Assembly: GCA_963665575.2 (NCBI GenBank)
Contig: CAXXDW010000006.1
Span: forward strand, 1,201,122 to 1,265,121
Origin: Gammaproteobacteria bacterium
GTDB lineage: Bacteria > Pseudomonadota > Gammaproteobacteria > Steroidobacterales > Rariloculaceae
Reading direction: 5' to 3'
Length of the DNA stretch: 64,000 nt
Positions 34,139-47,298 of the stretch are shown here, piece after piece (position 1 is the stretch's first letter; each line of letters begins with the position of its first letter). A model generated the notes under the pieces. The model saw only the letters and a program-made list of their open reading frames with translations, did not search any database and was not told the origin of the DNA. The position numbers were made by a program, and so were the translations under genes.

Positions 34139-35812
34139 TTACAGGTCCAGCCGCGTGTAGCGGCTGGGCTTTGGCCGGGCTGCGTCCTTGCCCTTGCGCC
34201 GCTGGAGGTCGGCCGCGTACTCCGCGTAGTTGCCGCGGAACCAGACGACCTCCCCGCCGCCCTCGAACGCGAGCATGTGCGTTGCGATCCGGTCCAGGAA
34301 CCAGCGATCGTGCGATATGACGACGGCACAACCCGGAAAGCTCAGCAGGGCATCCTCGAGCGCCCTGAGCGTCTCGACGTCCAGATCGTTGGTGGGTTCG
34401 TCGAGCAGCAGCACGTTGCCTCCCGAGCACAGGAGCTTCGCCAGGTGTACGCGGTTGCGCTCGCCGCCTGACAGCAGGCCCACTCTTTTCTGCTGCTCGG
34501 CACCGCGGAAATTGAACCGGCCGACGTAGGCGCGCGACTGCGTCTCGTAGTTGCCGACGAGGAGATTCTCCCGGCCGTCGCTGATCTCCTCCCAAACGGT
34601 CCTGGCACCGTCGAGCACGTCGCGTGACTGGTCCACGTAGGCGAGTTCGACGGAATCGCCGATGCGGATGGCGCCCGTGTCCGGCGATTCGGCGCCCACG
34701 AGCATCCTGAACAAGGTCGTCTTGCCGGCGCCGTTCGGGCCGATGACGCCGACGATCCCGCCGGGCGGCAGTTCGAACGAGAGGTTCTCGAAAAGGCTGC
34801 GGCTGCCGAAGGACTTGCCTACGCAGTCCGCTTCGATCACGAGGTCACCGAGCCTGGGGCCGGGCGGGATGTAGATCTCGTTGGTTTCGTTGCGGGTCTG
34901 AAAGTCTCTGGACGTGAGTTCCTCGAAGCGTTCCAGGCGCGCCCTGGCCTTGGCCCGGCGCGCGCGCGGATTGGAGCGGACCCACTCGAGCTCGGACCTG
35001 ATCGCGCGCTGCCGGGCCGCTTCGCGCTGCTGCTCCACGGCGAGCCGCTCAGCCTTCTGGTCGAGCCACGAGCTGTAGTTGCCCTTCCAGGGAATGCCGT
35101 GGCCGCGATCGAGTTCGAGAATCCAGCCCGCCACGTTGTCGAGAAAGTAGCGGTCGTGGGTCACGGCCATGACCGTGCCCGGATACTCGTCCAGGAATCG
35201 CTCGAGCCAGGCGACGGATTCGGCATCGAGATGGTTCGTCGGTTCGTCGAGCAGCAGCATGTCCGGGTTGGACAGAAGCACGCGGCAAAGCGCGACACGG
35301 CGCCGTTCGCCACCGGACAGCGTTCCGATCGACGCACTCCAGGGCGGCAGCCGTAGTGCCTGGGCCGCGATCTCGAGTTTGCGTTCGATTTCCCAGCCGT
35401 CGGCCGCTTCGATCGCATCCTGCAGCTCGCCCTGCTCGGTGAGCAGTTGCGCCATCTCCTCGTCCGCAAGCGGTTCGGCGAATCGTTCGCTGATCTCGTT
35501 GAAACGCGCGACGAGGGCGAGAATCCCGGCGATGCCTTCCTCGATCACGCCGCGTACGGATTTGCCGGTATCGAGCTCCGGTTCCTGCGCGAGGTAGCCG
35601 ATCCTGATGCCCGATTGCGGCCGCGCTTCGCCGTTGAAATCCCGATCGACGCCGGCCATGATCCTGAGCAGCGTCGACTTGCCCGAACCGTTCAGGCCCA
35701 GCACGCCGATCTTCGCGCCGGGGAAGAAGCTCAGGCTGATGTCGCGCAGGATATGGCGTTTCGGCGGCACGACTTTTTCGAGTCTGTTCGTGGTATAGAT
35801 GTACTGGGCCAT
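34139..35812 (-). CDS. ettA: energy-dependent translational throttle protein EttA (ABC-F ATPase)
   Basis: MAQYIYTTNRLEKVVPPKRHILRDISLSFFPGAKIGVLGLNGSGKSTLLRIMAG. Two ABC cassettes are present (LSGGERRRVAL, LSGGERNRVHL). Confidence 0.9.
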   Translation of the reverse strand: MAQYIYTTNRLEKVVPPKRHILRDISLSFFPGAKIGVLGLNGSGKSTLLRIMAGVDRDFNGEARPQSGIRIGYLAQEPELDTGKSVRGVIEEGIAGILALVARFNEISERFAEPLADEEMAQLLTEQGELQDAIEAADGWEIERKLEIAAQALRLPPWSASIGTLSGGERRRVALCRVLLSNPDMLLLDEPTNHLDAESVAWLERFLDEYPGTVMAVTHDRYFLDNVAGWILELDRGHGIPWKGNYSSWLDQKAERLAVEQQREAARQRAIRSELEWVRSNPRARRAKARARLERFEELTSRDFQTRNETNEIYIPPGPRLGDLVIEADCVGKSFGSRSLFENLSFELPPGGIVGVIGPNGAGKTTLFRMLVGAESPDTGAIRIGDSVELAYVDQSRDVLDGARTVWEEISDGRENLLVGNYETQSRAYVGRFNFRGAEQQKRVGLLSGGERNRVHLAKLLCSGGNVLLLDEPTNDLDVETLRALEDALLSFPGCAVVISHDRWFLDRIATHMLAFEGGGEVVWFRGNYAEYAADLQRRKGKDAARPKPSRYTRLDL

Positions 35813-35908
35813 GGTCCAATTCTCGGAGCGGGTCGGCGAAGGGCGATCGGATTATCCGCGAACGGTCCGGCCGAGCAATAATCCGGCAAACTCTTCAGAG
35901 CAACATTG

Positions 35909-36851
35909 ATGTCAGCGACAGCCGTTCTGGTTTGCGGTCAGGAGATCGCTTCGTACGGTTTTCCCGATGGCCATCCCTTCGGCAGCTCGCGCCACGACGC
36001 GTTCATGGACGAGATCGAGCAGTCCGACTCCCGGGACCGGCTTCAACGCATTTCGGCGCGGCAGGCCACGCGCGAGGAACTTGAGTACTTTCATACGCCG
36101 CGCTATGTCGATCGCGTGATCGAAATGTCGCGCATCGGCAGCGGTTTCCTCGACCTCGGCGACACGCCGGCCTACCCGGGCGTCTTCGAGAATGCGGCGT
36201 TCGTGGTCGGCGGCACGCTCAATGCGCTGGAGTCGATCGTGACGGGCCCGATCCCGCGCGCGTTCATCCCGATCGGCGGGCTTCACCACGCGGCGCGCGA
36301 CTCGGCGGCCGGTTTTTGCGTCTTCAACGACTGCAGTGTCGCCATCGAGGCGGCCAGGCGCCGCCACGGCCTCGGGCGCGTTGCCTACGTCGACATCGAT
36401 GCGCACCACGGTGACGGCGTCTTCTACGGTTTCGAGGACGATCCGGACGTGATCTTTGCCGACCTGCACGAGGACGGGCCGCTTTCTCTACCCGGGCACA
36501 GGTTTGCGCGAAGAGACCGGCAAGGGCGCCGCGGCAGGAACGAAGCTCAACGTGCCGATGATGCCGGGGGCCGGGGATCAACATTTCCTCACCGCATGGG
36601 AAGAGGTCGAAGGTTTCCTGGAGGACCACACATTCGACCTGATCCTCCTGCAGTGCGGTGCGGATTCGCTCGGCGGCGATCCCATAACGCACCTGGCTTA
36701 CACGGAGGAAGCCCATGCGCACGCCGCGCGCAGGCTCCGGGTGCTCGCCGATCGCCACTGCGAGGGACGGATCCTCGCCATGGGCGGCGGCGGCTACGAC
36801 CTGTTCAACCTCGCGCGCGCCTGGACGCGCGTTGTCGAAGAACTGACATAG
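35909..36851 (+). pseudogene. histone deacetylase-family (AcuC/acetylpolyamine amidohydrolase-like) gene interrupted by a +1 frameshift near 36479
   Basis: Frame A (35909-36478) reads ...[19 protein letters not shown]...[11 protein letters not shown]...FADLHEDG. The family continues in frame B (ORF 36456..36851) as [16 protein letters not shown]...[12 protein letters not shown]...MGGGGY. One extra nucleotide sits in the gggcc run at 36476-36480. Confidence 0.7.
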
Positions 36852-36872
36852 GAGCCCGTGCCGCAGGCTCCC
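36849..36872. repeat. REP/MITE-like element, short hairpin-only copy
   Basis: taggagcccgtgccgcaggctccc. It begins with the TAG stop of the frame-B HDAC reading frame. Confidence 0.55.
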
Positions 36873-36904
36873 AGCCGAGTATTGCAGCATCCCGACCCGC
36901 GACC

Positions 36905-38167
36905 ATGTTCAGTGCCGACGATCGCATAGCCGGGTTCGACGCGCCGCTTGCTGCGGCGCTCGCGGGCGAGCGGCAGCGCCAGGAAGAGTTCATGGAACTG
37001 ATCGCGTCGGAGAATTACGTCAGTCCCAGGGTGCTTGAGGCGCAGGGCTCGCCACTGACCAACAAGTACGCCGACGGCTACCCGGGCGCACGCCGCTACA
37101 GTGGCTGCCGGTTCGTCGACGACGCCGAGCAACTCGCCATCGAGCGCGCCAGGAGCCTGTTCGGCGCAGAGTACGCAAACGTGCAGCCGTACTCGGGCTC
37201 CCAGGCCAATGCGGCCGCCTACTTTGCCTTGATGGAACCCGGAGACACGTTGCTCGGACTCGCCGCGAGCCACGGCGGACACATCACTCACGGCGATTCG
37301 AGCAGTTTTGCCGGCAGCTTGTTCAATGCGGTGACCTACGGTTTGCGCGCCGACGGCGAGATCGACTATGACGAAGTCGCCGAGCTTGCCCTGCGCCACC
37401 GGCCGAAGGTCATCGTCGCAGGGTTTTCCGCGTACTCGCGGATCGTGGACTGGCAGCGCTTCAGGGAAATCGCCGACGCCGCGGGGGCGTTTCTGCTCGC
37501 CGACATGGCGCACGTCGCAGGACTCGTGGCGGCCGGGCTCTACCCGAACCCGGTCCCGATCGCCGACGTCACGACGACGACGACGCACAAGACGCTGCGC
37601 GGGCCTCGCGGCGGCATGATCCTCGCACGCATGAATGGCGAACTCGGGCGACGGCTCGACGATGCGGTCTATCCATGTACTCAGGGCGGTCCGCTCATGC
37701 ACGTGATCGCGGCGAAGGCCGTCGCGCTCGCGGAAGCTTCACAGCCGCAATTCCGCGACTACCAGCGGCAGGTTCTCGCCAATGCCCGCCGCGCCGCGCG
37801 CGCACTGGCGCAGCGGGGGCTCGCGATCGTCACGGGCGGCACGGACAACCACATGCTGCTGGCGGACCTCTCGGCGCGCCAGGTCGATGCCGCGCGCGCC
37901 GAACATGTGCTCGAAGCGGCTCACATCGCCGTCAATGCGGTGCACTTGCCCTGTCGCGTGCCTGGCGAAGCGCCGCGGGGCCTCAGGATCGGCACGCCCG
38001 CGGTCACGACGCGCGGTGTCGGCGCCGAGGAGATCGACATTCTCGCCGGCTGGGTCGCCGATGTGCTCGAGGACCTCGACAACGAGCGCGCGATCGCCGG
38101 CATTCGTGCGTCGGTGCTCGCAATGTGCGAGGCGTTTCCCGTTTATGGCCGCCGCAAGGCCGGGTAG
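36905..38167 (+). CDS. glyA: serine hydroxymethyltransferase
   Basis: ATG 36905 is internal to ORF 35906..38167. [64 protein letters not shown] (PLP Lys), [11 protein letters not shown]. Confidence 0.9.
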   Translation: MFSADDRIAGFDAPLAAALAGERQRQEEFMELIASENYVSPRVLEAQGSPLTNKYADGYPGARRYSGCRFVDDAEQLAIERARSLFGAEYANVQPYSGSQANAAAYFALMEPGDTLLGLAASHGGHITHGDSSSFAGSLFNAVTYGLRADGEIDYDEVAELALRHRPKVIVAGFSAYSRIVDWQRFREIADAAGAFLLADMAHVAGLVAAGLYPNPVPIADVTTTTTHKTLRGPRGGMILARMNGELGRRLDDAVYPCTQGGPLMHVIAAKAVALAEASQPQFRDYQRQVLANARRAARALAQRGLAIVTGGTDNHMLLADLSARQVDAARAEHVLEAAHIAVNAVHLPCRVPGEAPRGLRIGTPAVTTRGVGAEEIDILAGWVADVLEDLDNERAIAGIRASVLAMCEAFPVYGRRKAG

Positions 38168-38173
38168 CCGAGC

Positions 38174-38701
38174 ATGTATTGCCCGTTCTGCAGCCACGTC
38201 GATACGAAGGTCATCGATTCCAGGCTCACCGCGGAAGGCCGTCAGGTCCGCCGTCGCCGCGAATGCGTCGCATGCGCCGAGCGGTTCACGACCTTCGAGT
38301 CGGCAGAACTCGTGATGCCACACGTCAGAAAGCGCGATGACCGGCGCGAGCCATTCGACCTGGCCAAACTGCGCAGCGGTATCGAAGCGGCGCTGCGCAA
38401 GCGTCCCGTCGGCAGCGAAGCGCTGGAACGGGCGGTCGAGCAGATCGCGCATCGCATACGGGTTACCGGCGAGCGCGACGTACACAGCAGTTTCATCGGC
38501 TCTCTGGTCATGGACCAGCTACGGCGGCTCGACGAAGTCGCCTACGTCAGGTTCGCATCGGTCTACCGGAGCTTTCAGGACGTGACCCAGTTCGAAGAGG
38601 AGATCCGGCGGCTGAAAGCGCGCACGGACGCAGCCGAGGAGCGTCGCCAGTTGCCGCTGCTTCCGGACGATGACGACGACGCCGCGCGGTCGAAACGGTG
38701 A
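38174..38701 (+). CDS. nrdR: transcriptional repressor NrdR
   Basis: [17 protein letters not shown]...[16 protein letters not shown] zinc ribbon plus an ATP-cone. Confidence 0.9.
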   Translation: MYCPFCSHVDTKVIDSRLTAEGRQVRRRRECVACAERFTTFESAELVMPHVRKRDDRREPFDLAKLRSGIEAALRKRPVGSEALERAVEQIAHRIRVTGERDVHSSFIGSLVMDQLRRLDEVAYVRFASVYRSFQDVTQFEEEIRRLKARTDAAEERRQLPLLPDDDDDAARSKR

Positions 38702-39807
38702 GTCCCGGGACCGACCACCAGTTCATGGCGCGGGCGCTCAGGCTGGCCCGCAGGGGACTCACCTCGACCGACCCGAACCCGACCGTGGGCTGCGTGCTCG
38801 TCAGGGACGGCGAAGTCGTCGGCGAAGGCTGGACCGCGCCGGTCGGCGGGCCGCACGCGGAGCGCGCCGCAGTGGCCGCGGCCGGCGCCGCCGCTCGCGG
38901 CTCGACCGCTTACGTGACGCTCGAGCCCTGTTGTCACCAGGGGCGCACCGGACCATGCACGGTCGCGCTTCTCGACGCCGGAGTCGCGCGCGTGGTTTGT
39001 GCGACCGGGGACCCGAATCCGCTCGTCAACGGCGCGGGACTGCGTGCGCTCGGCGAAGCGGGCGTCGCCGTGGAGCAGGGCCTCATGGCGCAAAGCGCAC
39101 GCGAGATCAACAGGGGATACATCGCGCGCATGACCCGCGGCCGGCCCTGGGTCAGGAGCAAGATCGCCGCGAGTCTCGACGGGAGGACCGCGCTTGCGAG
39201 CGGCGAAAGCAAGTGGATCACGGGAGCCGGTGCCCGACGCGACGTGCACCGCTGGCGGGCGCGCTCGAGCGCTGTGCTGTGCGGTGTCGGGACCGTGCTC
39301 GCTGACGATCCTTCGCTGAACGCGCGGCCTGACGACGAAACCGACGGGCTCGTCCAGCCGCTGCGCGCGATCGTGGATTCCGCGCTGCGGACCCCGCCGT
39401 CCGCGCACACGCTGTCGCTGCCGGGCGAAGTCGTCATTTTCACGGCAGCCGATGCCGCCGTCCGGCGCGCGCCGCTCGAGGCCGCCGGCGCGCGAATCGA
39501 GCCGGTCGAAGGCAGACCGCGCTGCGATCTCGCTCAGGTGCTCGAGCGCCTCGGAGAGCTCGAGGTCAACGACGTCTGGGTCGAGGCCGGCGCGACGCTC
39601 AACGGGGCGCTGCTCGAGCGCGGCCTCATCGACGAGTTGGTGCTCTATCTCGCGCCACGACTGCTCGGTGACGATGCGCGCGGCATGTTTTCGCTGGCTC
39701 CGCTCGCAAGCCTTGCCGAAAGCCCTGAACTTTCGATCGATGAGGTACGCAGGGTCGGTCCCGACTTGCGCATACTGGCGCGTCCCGGTACGGTGCTGGC
39801 CCCCTGA
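38698..39807 (+). CDS. ribD: bifunctional diaminohydroxyphosphoribosylaminopyrimidine deaminase / 5-amino-6-(5-phosphoribosylamino)uracil reductase
   Basis: GTG overlaps the nrdR stop. [38 protein letters not shown]. Confidence 0.9.
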   Translation: MSPGTDHQFMARALRLARRGLTSTDPNPTVGCVLVRDGEVVGEGWTAPVGGPHAERAAVAAAGAAARGSTAYVTLEPCCHQGRTGPCTVALLDAGVARVVCATGDPNPLVNGAGLRALGEAGVAVEQGLMAQSAREINRGYIARMTRGRPWVRSKIAASLDGRTALASGESKWITGAGARRDVHRWRARSSAVLCGVGTVLADDPSLNARPDDETDGLVQPLRAIVDSALRTPPSAHTLSLPGEVVIFTAADAAVRRAPLEAAGARIEPVEGRPRCDLAQVLERLGELEVNDVWVEAGATLNGALLERGLIDELVLYLAPRLLGDDARGMFSLAPLASLAESPELSIDEVRRVGPDLRILARPGTVLAP

Positions 39808-39989
39808 GGACTTCGGTCGTCCAGATTCAACATTGCCGAAACCGGTCATTCCCGGATCGGCGAACGCCGGAGAATGGAATTGTTCGGAGCTTTCCTGCCA
39901 GGCCGTGACGGAACGCCACGCCACAGCTCGACACGGCGAGGCTTTCGCAGCGGGTTGCCTGGCGGCGAGCGACTAGAAGGCGAGTCGAG

Positions 39990-40592
39990 GTGTTTTCCGG
40001 AATAGTCAAATGCGTCGGCCGGGTTCTCGAGCGGACCGACACGGGAGCCGACGCGAAGCTCGCGATCGGTTACGAGACCGGCGAACTCGGTGCGCTCGCG
40101 CCGGGATCGAGCATCGCCGTCAACGGGGCCTGCCTGACCGCAACAGCCTGCAGTCCCGGCCGTTTCGAAGTCGACGCATCCGCCGAGACGCTCGCGGTGA
40201 CGACGCTTGCATCGGTCGGGGTCGGCAGCAGGCTCAATCTCGAACCGTCGCTGAAAGTCGGCGACCCGGTCGACGGGCACTTCGTGACCGGTCACGTCGA
40301 CGGTGTCGGCCGGGTCGTGGAGATCGCTCAGGCCGGCCGTTCGACCTTTCTCGCGATCGAGTTGCCCGCAGAATTGAGTCGCTACGTCGCGCGCAAGGGT
40401 TCGGTTGCAGTGGACGGCGTGAGCCTGACCGTGAACGTCGTGGAGGGCTGCCGCTTCGAAGTCAACATCGTGCCGCACACGCGCGCGGCGACAGTCATTT
40501 CCGGGTACGAGCCCGGCTCGGCTGTTAACATTGAAGTGGATGTCGTCGCTCGCTACCTGGAGCGTCTTCGCGGCCAGGAAGCGGCGCCGTAG
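39990..40592 (+). CDS. ribE: riboflavin synthase (alpha chain)
   Basis: MFSGIVKCVGRV..., SIAVNGACLT, GSVAVDGVSLTV (the two lumazine-binding repeats). Confidence 0.85.
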   Translation: MFSGIVKCVGRVLERTDTGADAKLAIGYETGELGALAPGSSIAVNGACLTATACSPGRFEVDASAETLAVTTLASVGVGSRLNLEPSLKVGDPVDGHFVTGHVDGVGRVVEIAQAGRSTFLAIELPAELSRYVARKGSVAVDGVSLTVNVVEGCRFEVNIVPHTRAATVISGYEPGSAVNIEVDVVARYLERLRGQEAAP

Positions 40593-40645
40593 GGAGTCGC
40601 GAACGCGATTTGCAGCCGTGAATTCCTGCCGCGCAGGCTCGGGGG
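40590..40645. repeat. REP/MITE-like element, copy lacking most of the left arm
   Basis: tagggagtcgcgaacgcgatttgcagccgtgaattcctgccgcgcaggctcggggg. Its first 3 nt are the TAG stop of ribE. Confidence 0.7.
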
Positions 40646-40708
40646 ACCTCGTGGACCAGTCCGGGGCGAAGCTCCGCGGCGCAGTGAGCATGGAGCTTAA
40701 GAGAAGCC

Positions 40709-41875
40709 ATGATTACTCAAGTGACAACCGGCAAGGCATGGTCGGGGCTCGACCCGATCGAGGACATCATCGCCGCGCTGCGCAAGGGCGAGATGGCCGT
40801 GATCCTCGATGACGAGGATCGCGAGAACGAAGGCGATCTGATCATGGCTGCGAGCAAGGTCCGCAGCGAGCACATCAACTTCATGGCGCGCTACGGCCGC
40901 GGCCTGATCTGTCTCACACTGACGCGCTCTCGCTGCGAGCAGTTGCGCCTGCCGCTCATGGTCAGCGGTACGGACCGGCGCAAGACCACGAACTTCACGG
41001 TGTCGATCGAAGCAACCGAGGGCGTGACCACGGGCATCTCCGCGCACGACCGGGCCCGTACGGTTCGTACTGCGGTCGCGCCCGATGCGCAGCCCGACGA
41101 CCTGCACCAACCCGGCCACGTCTTTCCGCTCATGGCTCAGCCCGGCGGCGTGCTGACGCGAGCCGGGCATACCGAAGCGGGCTGCGACCTCGCGCGGCTG
41201 GCGGGCCACGAGCCCGCCTCGGTGATCGTCGAAATTCTCAACGACGACGGCACGATGGCGCGCCGCGACGACCTCATCGCCTTCGCCCGGCACCACAAGC
41301 TCAAGATCGGCACGATCGCGGACCTCATCGAATACCGCCTCGCACACGAGGAAACGGTCGAAGCGATCGCCGAGCTCGACGTCGAGACGCCGTTCGGCCC
41401 GTTCAGGCTCATTTGCTTCGACGATCACATCAACCGCGACGTGCACCTCGCGCTCGTGCGTGGAACGATCGATACCAGTCGCCCCGTGCTCGTGCGCGTG
41501 CACCGCCAGGACACCCTGGGCGATGTGGTCAACATCCGGAATCCACGCCTCGGGTGGCCCCTGGAGGGCGCGATGCGGCAAATCGCCCGCGAGGGCAGCG
41601 GCGTGATCGTGATTCTCAGGCACAACGAGTCGGTCCGGGACCTCATGGCGGCGCTGCGTTCGCTGAGCGAAACGGACGACTCGCTGGCTGCGCGGCGCGA
41701 ACGCAGCATGGACCTGCGTACCTTCGGCACGGGCGCACAAGTGCTGCGCGCGCTCGGGATCACCAAGATGCGGGTGCTCAGCGCGCCGAAACATATGCAT
41801 GCGCTGTCGGGCTTCGGTCTGGAGGTCATCGAGTACGTGGCACCGGAAGACTGCGGTGACGATGGGCATGGCTGA
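40709..41875 (+). CDS. ribBA: 3,4-dihydroxy-2-butanone-4-phosphate synthase fused to a GTP-cyclohydrolase-II-like domain that lacks the zinc cysteines
   Basis: [14 protein letters not shown] and [14 protein letters not shown] mark the DHBP synthase half. The C-terminal half aligns to RibA ([28 protein letters not shown]) but has no Cys at the CX10CXC positions. Confidence 0.85.
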   Translation: MITQVTTGKAWSGLDPIEDIIAALRKGEMAVILDDEDRENEGDLIMAASKVRSEHINFMARYGRGLICLTLTRSRCEQLRLPLMVSGTDRRKTTNFTVSIEATEGVTTGISAHDRARTVRTAVAPDAQPDDLHQPGHVFPLMAQPGGVLTRAGHTEAGCDLARLAGHEPASVIVEILNDDGTMARRDDLIAFARHHKLKIGTIADLIEYRLAHEETVEAIAELDVETPFGPFRLICFDDHINRDVHLALVRGTIDTSRPVLVRVHRQDTLGDVVNIRNPRLGWPLEGAMRQIAREGSGVIVILRHNESVRDLMAALRSLSETDDSLAARRERSMDLRTFGTGAQVLRALGITKMRVLSAPKHMHALSGFGLEVIEYVAPEDCGDDGHG

Positions 41876-42347
41876 CAATATCCGGACGATCGAAGGCGGC
41901 CTCAACGCGCGGGGATTGCGTTTCGGAATCGTCGCTTCGCGGTTCAACGACTTCATCGTCGACCGATTGCTCGACGCGGCTGTTGCCACGCTGCTCGATC
42001 ATGGAGCGGACGCGGCCGACATCACGGTCGTGCGCGTGCCGGGCGCGTTTGAAACTCCCTTGGCGATCCGCAAGATGGCCGCCAGTGGCGGCTATGACGC
42101 GCTCGTCGCGCTCGGCTGTGTGATCCGCGGTGCCACCCCGCATTTCGACTACGTCGCGGGCGAAGCCAGCAGCGGGGTTGCGAGCGCGAGCCTCGAGCAC
42201 GGCATCGCGATCGGCTTCGGCATCCTCACGGTCGACACCGTCGAACAGGCGATCGAACGTGCGGGTACGAAGGCCGGCAACAAGGGCGTGGACGCGGCAC
42301 TTGCGGCGATTCGCACGGCCACCGTGCTGCGCGAACTGGAGCGCTAG
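41868..42347 (+). CDS. ribH: 6,7-dimethyl-8-ribityllumazine synthase
   Basis: [51 protein letters not shown]. The start is ATG 41868 or 41862. Confidence 0.9.
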   Translation: MADNIRTIEGGLNARGLRFGIVASRFNDFIVDRLLDAAVATLLDHGADAADITVVRVPGAFETPLAIRKMAASGGYDALVALGCVIRGATPHFDYVAGEASSGVASASLEHGIAIGFGILTVDTVEQAIERAGTKAGNKGVDAALAAIRTATVLRELER

Positions 42348-42350
42348 CGT

Positions 42351-42785
42351 TTGGCCGGGATCGGTACTCGGCGCGGCGCCCGGGATTTTCTCGTGCAGGC
42401 GCTCTACCAGTGGCAGCTCGCCGATCACGACCTCAGCGAACTCGTCGCCCAGTTCGAGCTCGAGGCCGACTTCGCCGCAGTCGACCAGGCCTATTTTCGG
42501 GCCTTGCTCGAGATCGTGCTCGACGATGTCGAGACGCTCGACGCGATCATCGCCCGGTTTGCCGTGCGGTCCATGGCACAGCTCGACGCCGTCGTCCGCG
42601 CGATCCTGCTGCTCGCGCTCGCGGAACTCAACAATCGCCCCGACGTTCCGACAAATGCGATCATCAACGAGGCCGTCGAACTCGCGAAGCGCTACGGCGG
42701 TACCGACAGCTACCGCTTCGTCAACGCGCTGCTCGACAAGGCTGCCGCGGAACTTGGAGAGCGTGATGGCAGGCCCACGGGATGA
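42351..42785 (+). CDS. nusB: transcription antitermination factor NusB
   Basis: RDFLVQALYQWQL... AILLLALAEL... INEAVELAKRYGGTDSYRFVNALLDK. Confidence 0.85.
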   Translation: MAGIGTRRGARDFLVQALYQWQLADHDLSELVAQFELEADFAAVDQAYFRALLEIVLDDVETLDAIIARFAVRSMAQLDAVVRAILLLALAELNNRPDVPTNAIINEAVELAKRYGGTDSYRFVNALLDKAAAELGERDGRPTG

Positions 42786-43857
42786 AGCCGGAACATTGGG
42801 CGAGTTCGAGCTCATCGAACGGTATTTCGTCCGGGATTCGTCACGCCTGCGACGTGCCGGGGGAGCAGATGCCGGCGGCGCGGCGCCGCGTCCCGGCCGC
42901 ACAACGGGTACCGACCGCGTACTGATCGGTATCGGCGACGATGCGGCGGTCATCGACGCCAGCGGGCCATTGGCCATTGCGACCGATACGCTGGTCGCCG
43001 GTACACACTTTCCGGACAGCTTTCCGGGCGACTGGGTCGGTTACCGGGTGCTCGCGGTCAACCTCAGCGATCTCGCGGCGATGGGCGCACGACCCCGCTG
43101 GGTGACGCTGGCCCTGACCTTGCCGCACGTCGATCACGTCTGGCTCGAGAGTTTTTCGCGGGGCTTCTTCGAACTTGCGAATCGGTATGGTGTTGAGCTT
43201 GTGGGCGGCGACCTGACTCGCGGCCCGCTCGCGGCGACGGTGCAGATCGTTGGCAGCGTCGACTGCGCCGCCATGCTGACTCGCAGCGGCGGCCGCTGCG
43301 ACGACGCCGTTTATGTGACCGGCACGCTCGGCGACGCGGCGGCGGGACTCGATTCCTTTCGTCGCCGGTCGTCGCCTTCGGACAGTGGTCCTCGCGTCGG
43401 GCTCAAGGATCGTTTCGCCAGTTGCGATGACGCCATGCACGCAAGGCTCGAGCGCCGATTCGCACGTCCCGACGTGCGCGTCGCCGAGGGGCTTGCGCTT
43501 GCGCCACTCGCCTACGCCGCGATCGATGTCTCTGACGGGCTCGTTGCCGACCTCGGGCACATCTGCGCGCGCAGCGATTGCGGGGCGATCGTCGATGTCG
43601 ACAAGGTGCCGCTGTCGGCGGAACTGCGCGCCGCATGCACGCCCGACCAGGCTCTGGCGCATGCGCTTGGCGGCGGCGACGACCACGAGCTGTGTTTCAC
43701 GGCGCCGGAGGATCGGTCGGAGGCGATACAGGCTGCGCTGCGCCCGACCGGCACAAAGCTCACGCGAATCGGCAGACTGGTTGCCGGCAGCGGTGTCGAA
43801 TTGCGTCGGGGCGGCGAACCGTTCGAGGCCCAGGCTCGCGGCTACGCCCACTTCTGA
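42766..43857 (+). CDS. thiL: thiamine-monophosphate kinase
   Basis: ATG 42766 is internal to ORF 42130..43857. GEFELIERYF, GIGDDAAVI, ATDTLVAGTHF, NLSDLAAMGA, GGDDHELCFT. Confidence 0.85.
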   Translation: MAGPRDEAGTLGEFELIERYFVRDSSRLRRAGGADAGGAAPRPGRTTGTDRVLIGIGDDAAVIDASGPLAIATDTLVAGTHFPDSFPGDWVGYRVLAVNLSDLAAMGARPRWVTLALTLPHVDHVWLESFSRGFFELANRYGVELVGGDLTRGPLAATVQIVGSVDCAAMLTRSGGRCDDAVYVTGTLGDAAAGLDSFRRRSSPSDSGPRVGLKDRFASCDDAMHARLERRFARPDVRVAEGLALAPLAYAAIDVSDGLVADLGHICARSDCGAIVDVDKVPLSAELRAACTPDQALAHALGGGDDHELCFTAPEDRSEAIQAALRPTGTKLTRIGRLVAGSGVELRRGGEPFEAQARGYAHF

Positions 43858-43937
43858 TGCGGCGTCAGTACCCCATGAGCTGCCCCAAGGGTCCGTTGAC
43901 GGCATGGCTTGTGCCGTTCCCTGCGGCCGAGTGAGCC

Positions 43938-44408
43938 ATGCGCCTTGGCCCCGGACTGCTCCGCGACCCCGTGCACCTGCTCGCGACGGGCTTCGGCGTC
44001 GGCCTCGTGCCGTGGGCGCCCGGTACCGCGGGCAGCATACTCGCGCTCGCGCCGGCCTGGCTCATGTTCGATCTGCCGCTGCCCTGGCGCGTTGCGGTGG
44101 CGCTGGCCGTGGTCGTAGCGGGCGTGTGGCTGTGCGGGGAAAGCGCGCGCCGTCTCGCGGTGCACGATCATCCGGCGATCGTGCTCGACGAAATCGCGGC
44201 GATGCTGCTGCTTTCGCTGCTGCTCGAGGCAAGTGTCCCGTGGCTGTTGGCGGCCCTGGCGCTGTTCCGGCTGTTCGACATCGCCAAGCCCTGGCCGATC
44301 CGCGCCGTCGACCGGAAAGTTCCGGGAGGATTGGGCATCATGCTCGATGACGTGCTCGCGGCACTCTTCGCCGCGATCTGCCTCGCCGCCATCCAGCTCG
44401 TTCTGTAA
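43938..44408 (+). CDS. pgpA: phosphatidylglycerophosphatase A
   Basis: LLATGFGVGLVPWAPGTAGS, HDHPAIVLDEI, FRLFDIAKPWPI, GGLGIMLDD. Confidence 0.85.
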   Translation: MRLGPGLLRDPVHLLATGFGVGLVPWAPGTAGSILALAPAWLMFDLPLPWRVAVALAVVVAGVWLCGESARRLAVHDHPAIVLDEIAAMLLLSLLLEASVPWLLAALALFRLFDIAKPWPIRAVDRKVPGGLGIMLDDVLAALFAAICLAAIQLVL

Positions 44409-44414
44409 GCGCGC

Positions 44415-44663
44415 TCAGTCCTCGCCGGCCGCCGCCTCGAAGGGTTCGGGTTCCGCGTCCGCACTCGCCTTGAGCAGGATCTCGACCTTCTGTTCGGCTT
44501 CCTTGAGCGTCGTCTGGCATTGCCGTGTCAGCTTCACGCCGCGCTCGAACTCCTTGAGCGCCTGCTCAAGCGAAAGTTCGCCGCTCTCGAGGCTCGCGAC
44601 CACGGCCTCGAGCTGTTCGAGCGACTTCTCAAGTTGCGATAGATTGTCGGTCTGCTCGGCCAT
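44415..44663 (-). CDS. xseB: exodeoxyribonuclease VII small subunit
   Basis: Internal Met [49 protein letters not shown]. Confidence 0.8.
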   Translation of the reverse strand: MAEQTDNLSQLEKSLEQLEAVVASLESGELSLEQALKEFERGVKLTRQCQTTLKEAEQKVEILLKASADAEPEPFEAAAGED

Positions 44664-44762
44664 TTGAATTGCGCAACATGGCAGTAGCGTCAACTATAAG
44701 GTAACGACCGGCGCTCAGCCGCGCATGTCTTGTCGAAAGGCTCCGAAACCGTTCGGTACGGA

Positions 44763-47237
<2,475 letters not shown>

Positions 47238-47298
47238 TTACAATCGTCGTACTCCGACGGGATCCGGCTTGCGGCCGCCGGAACGCGGAGTGTCATCG

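Noticed and set aside
35906-38167. Single 753-aa ORF that looks like an HDAC-serine hydroxymethyltransferase fusion protein.
   Set aside because: The middle third (about 36479-36904) translates to Arg-rich nonsense. The true HDAC continuation is in the +1 frame (ORF 36456..36851), and glyA has its own ATG at 36905. It is a read-through artefact of a frameshift.
39808-40708. FMN (RFN) riboswitch expected near rib genes. I examined the 182-bp ribD-ribE gap and the 116-bp ribE-ribBA gap.
   Set aside because: Neither gap contains the conserved RFN strings I recall (GGUGAAAUUCC, GCCGACGGU, AGUCCGGAUG). The second gap is mostly a REP-like element. The first gap has only an imperfect hairpin (tcattcccgg...ccggagaatgga).
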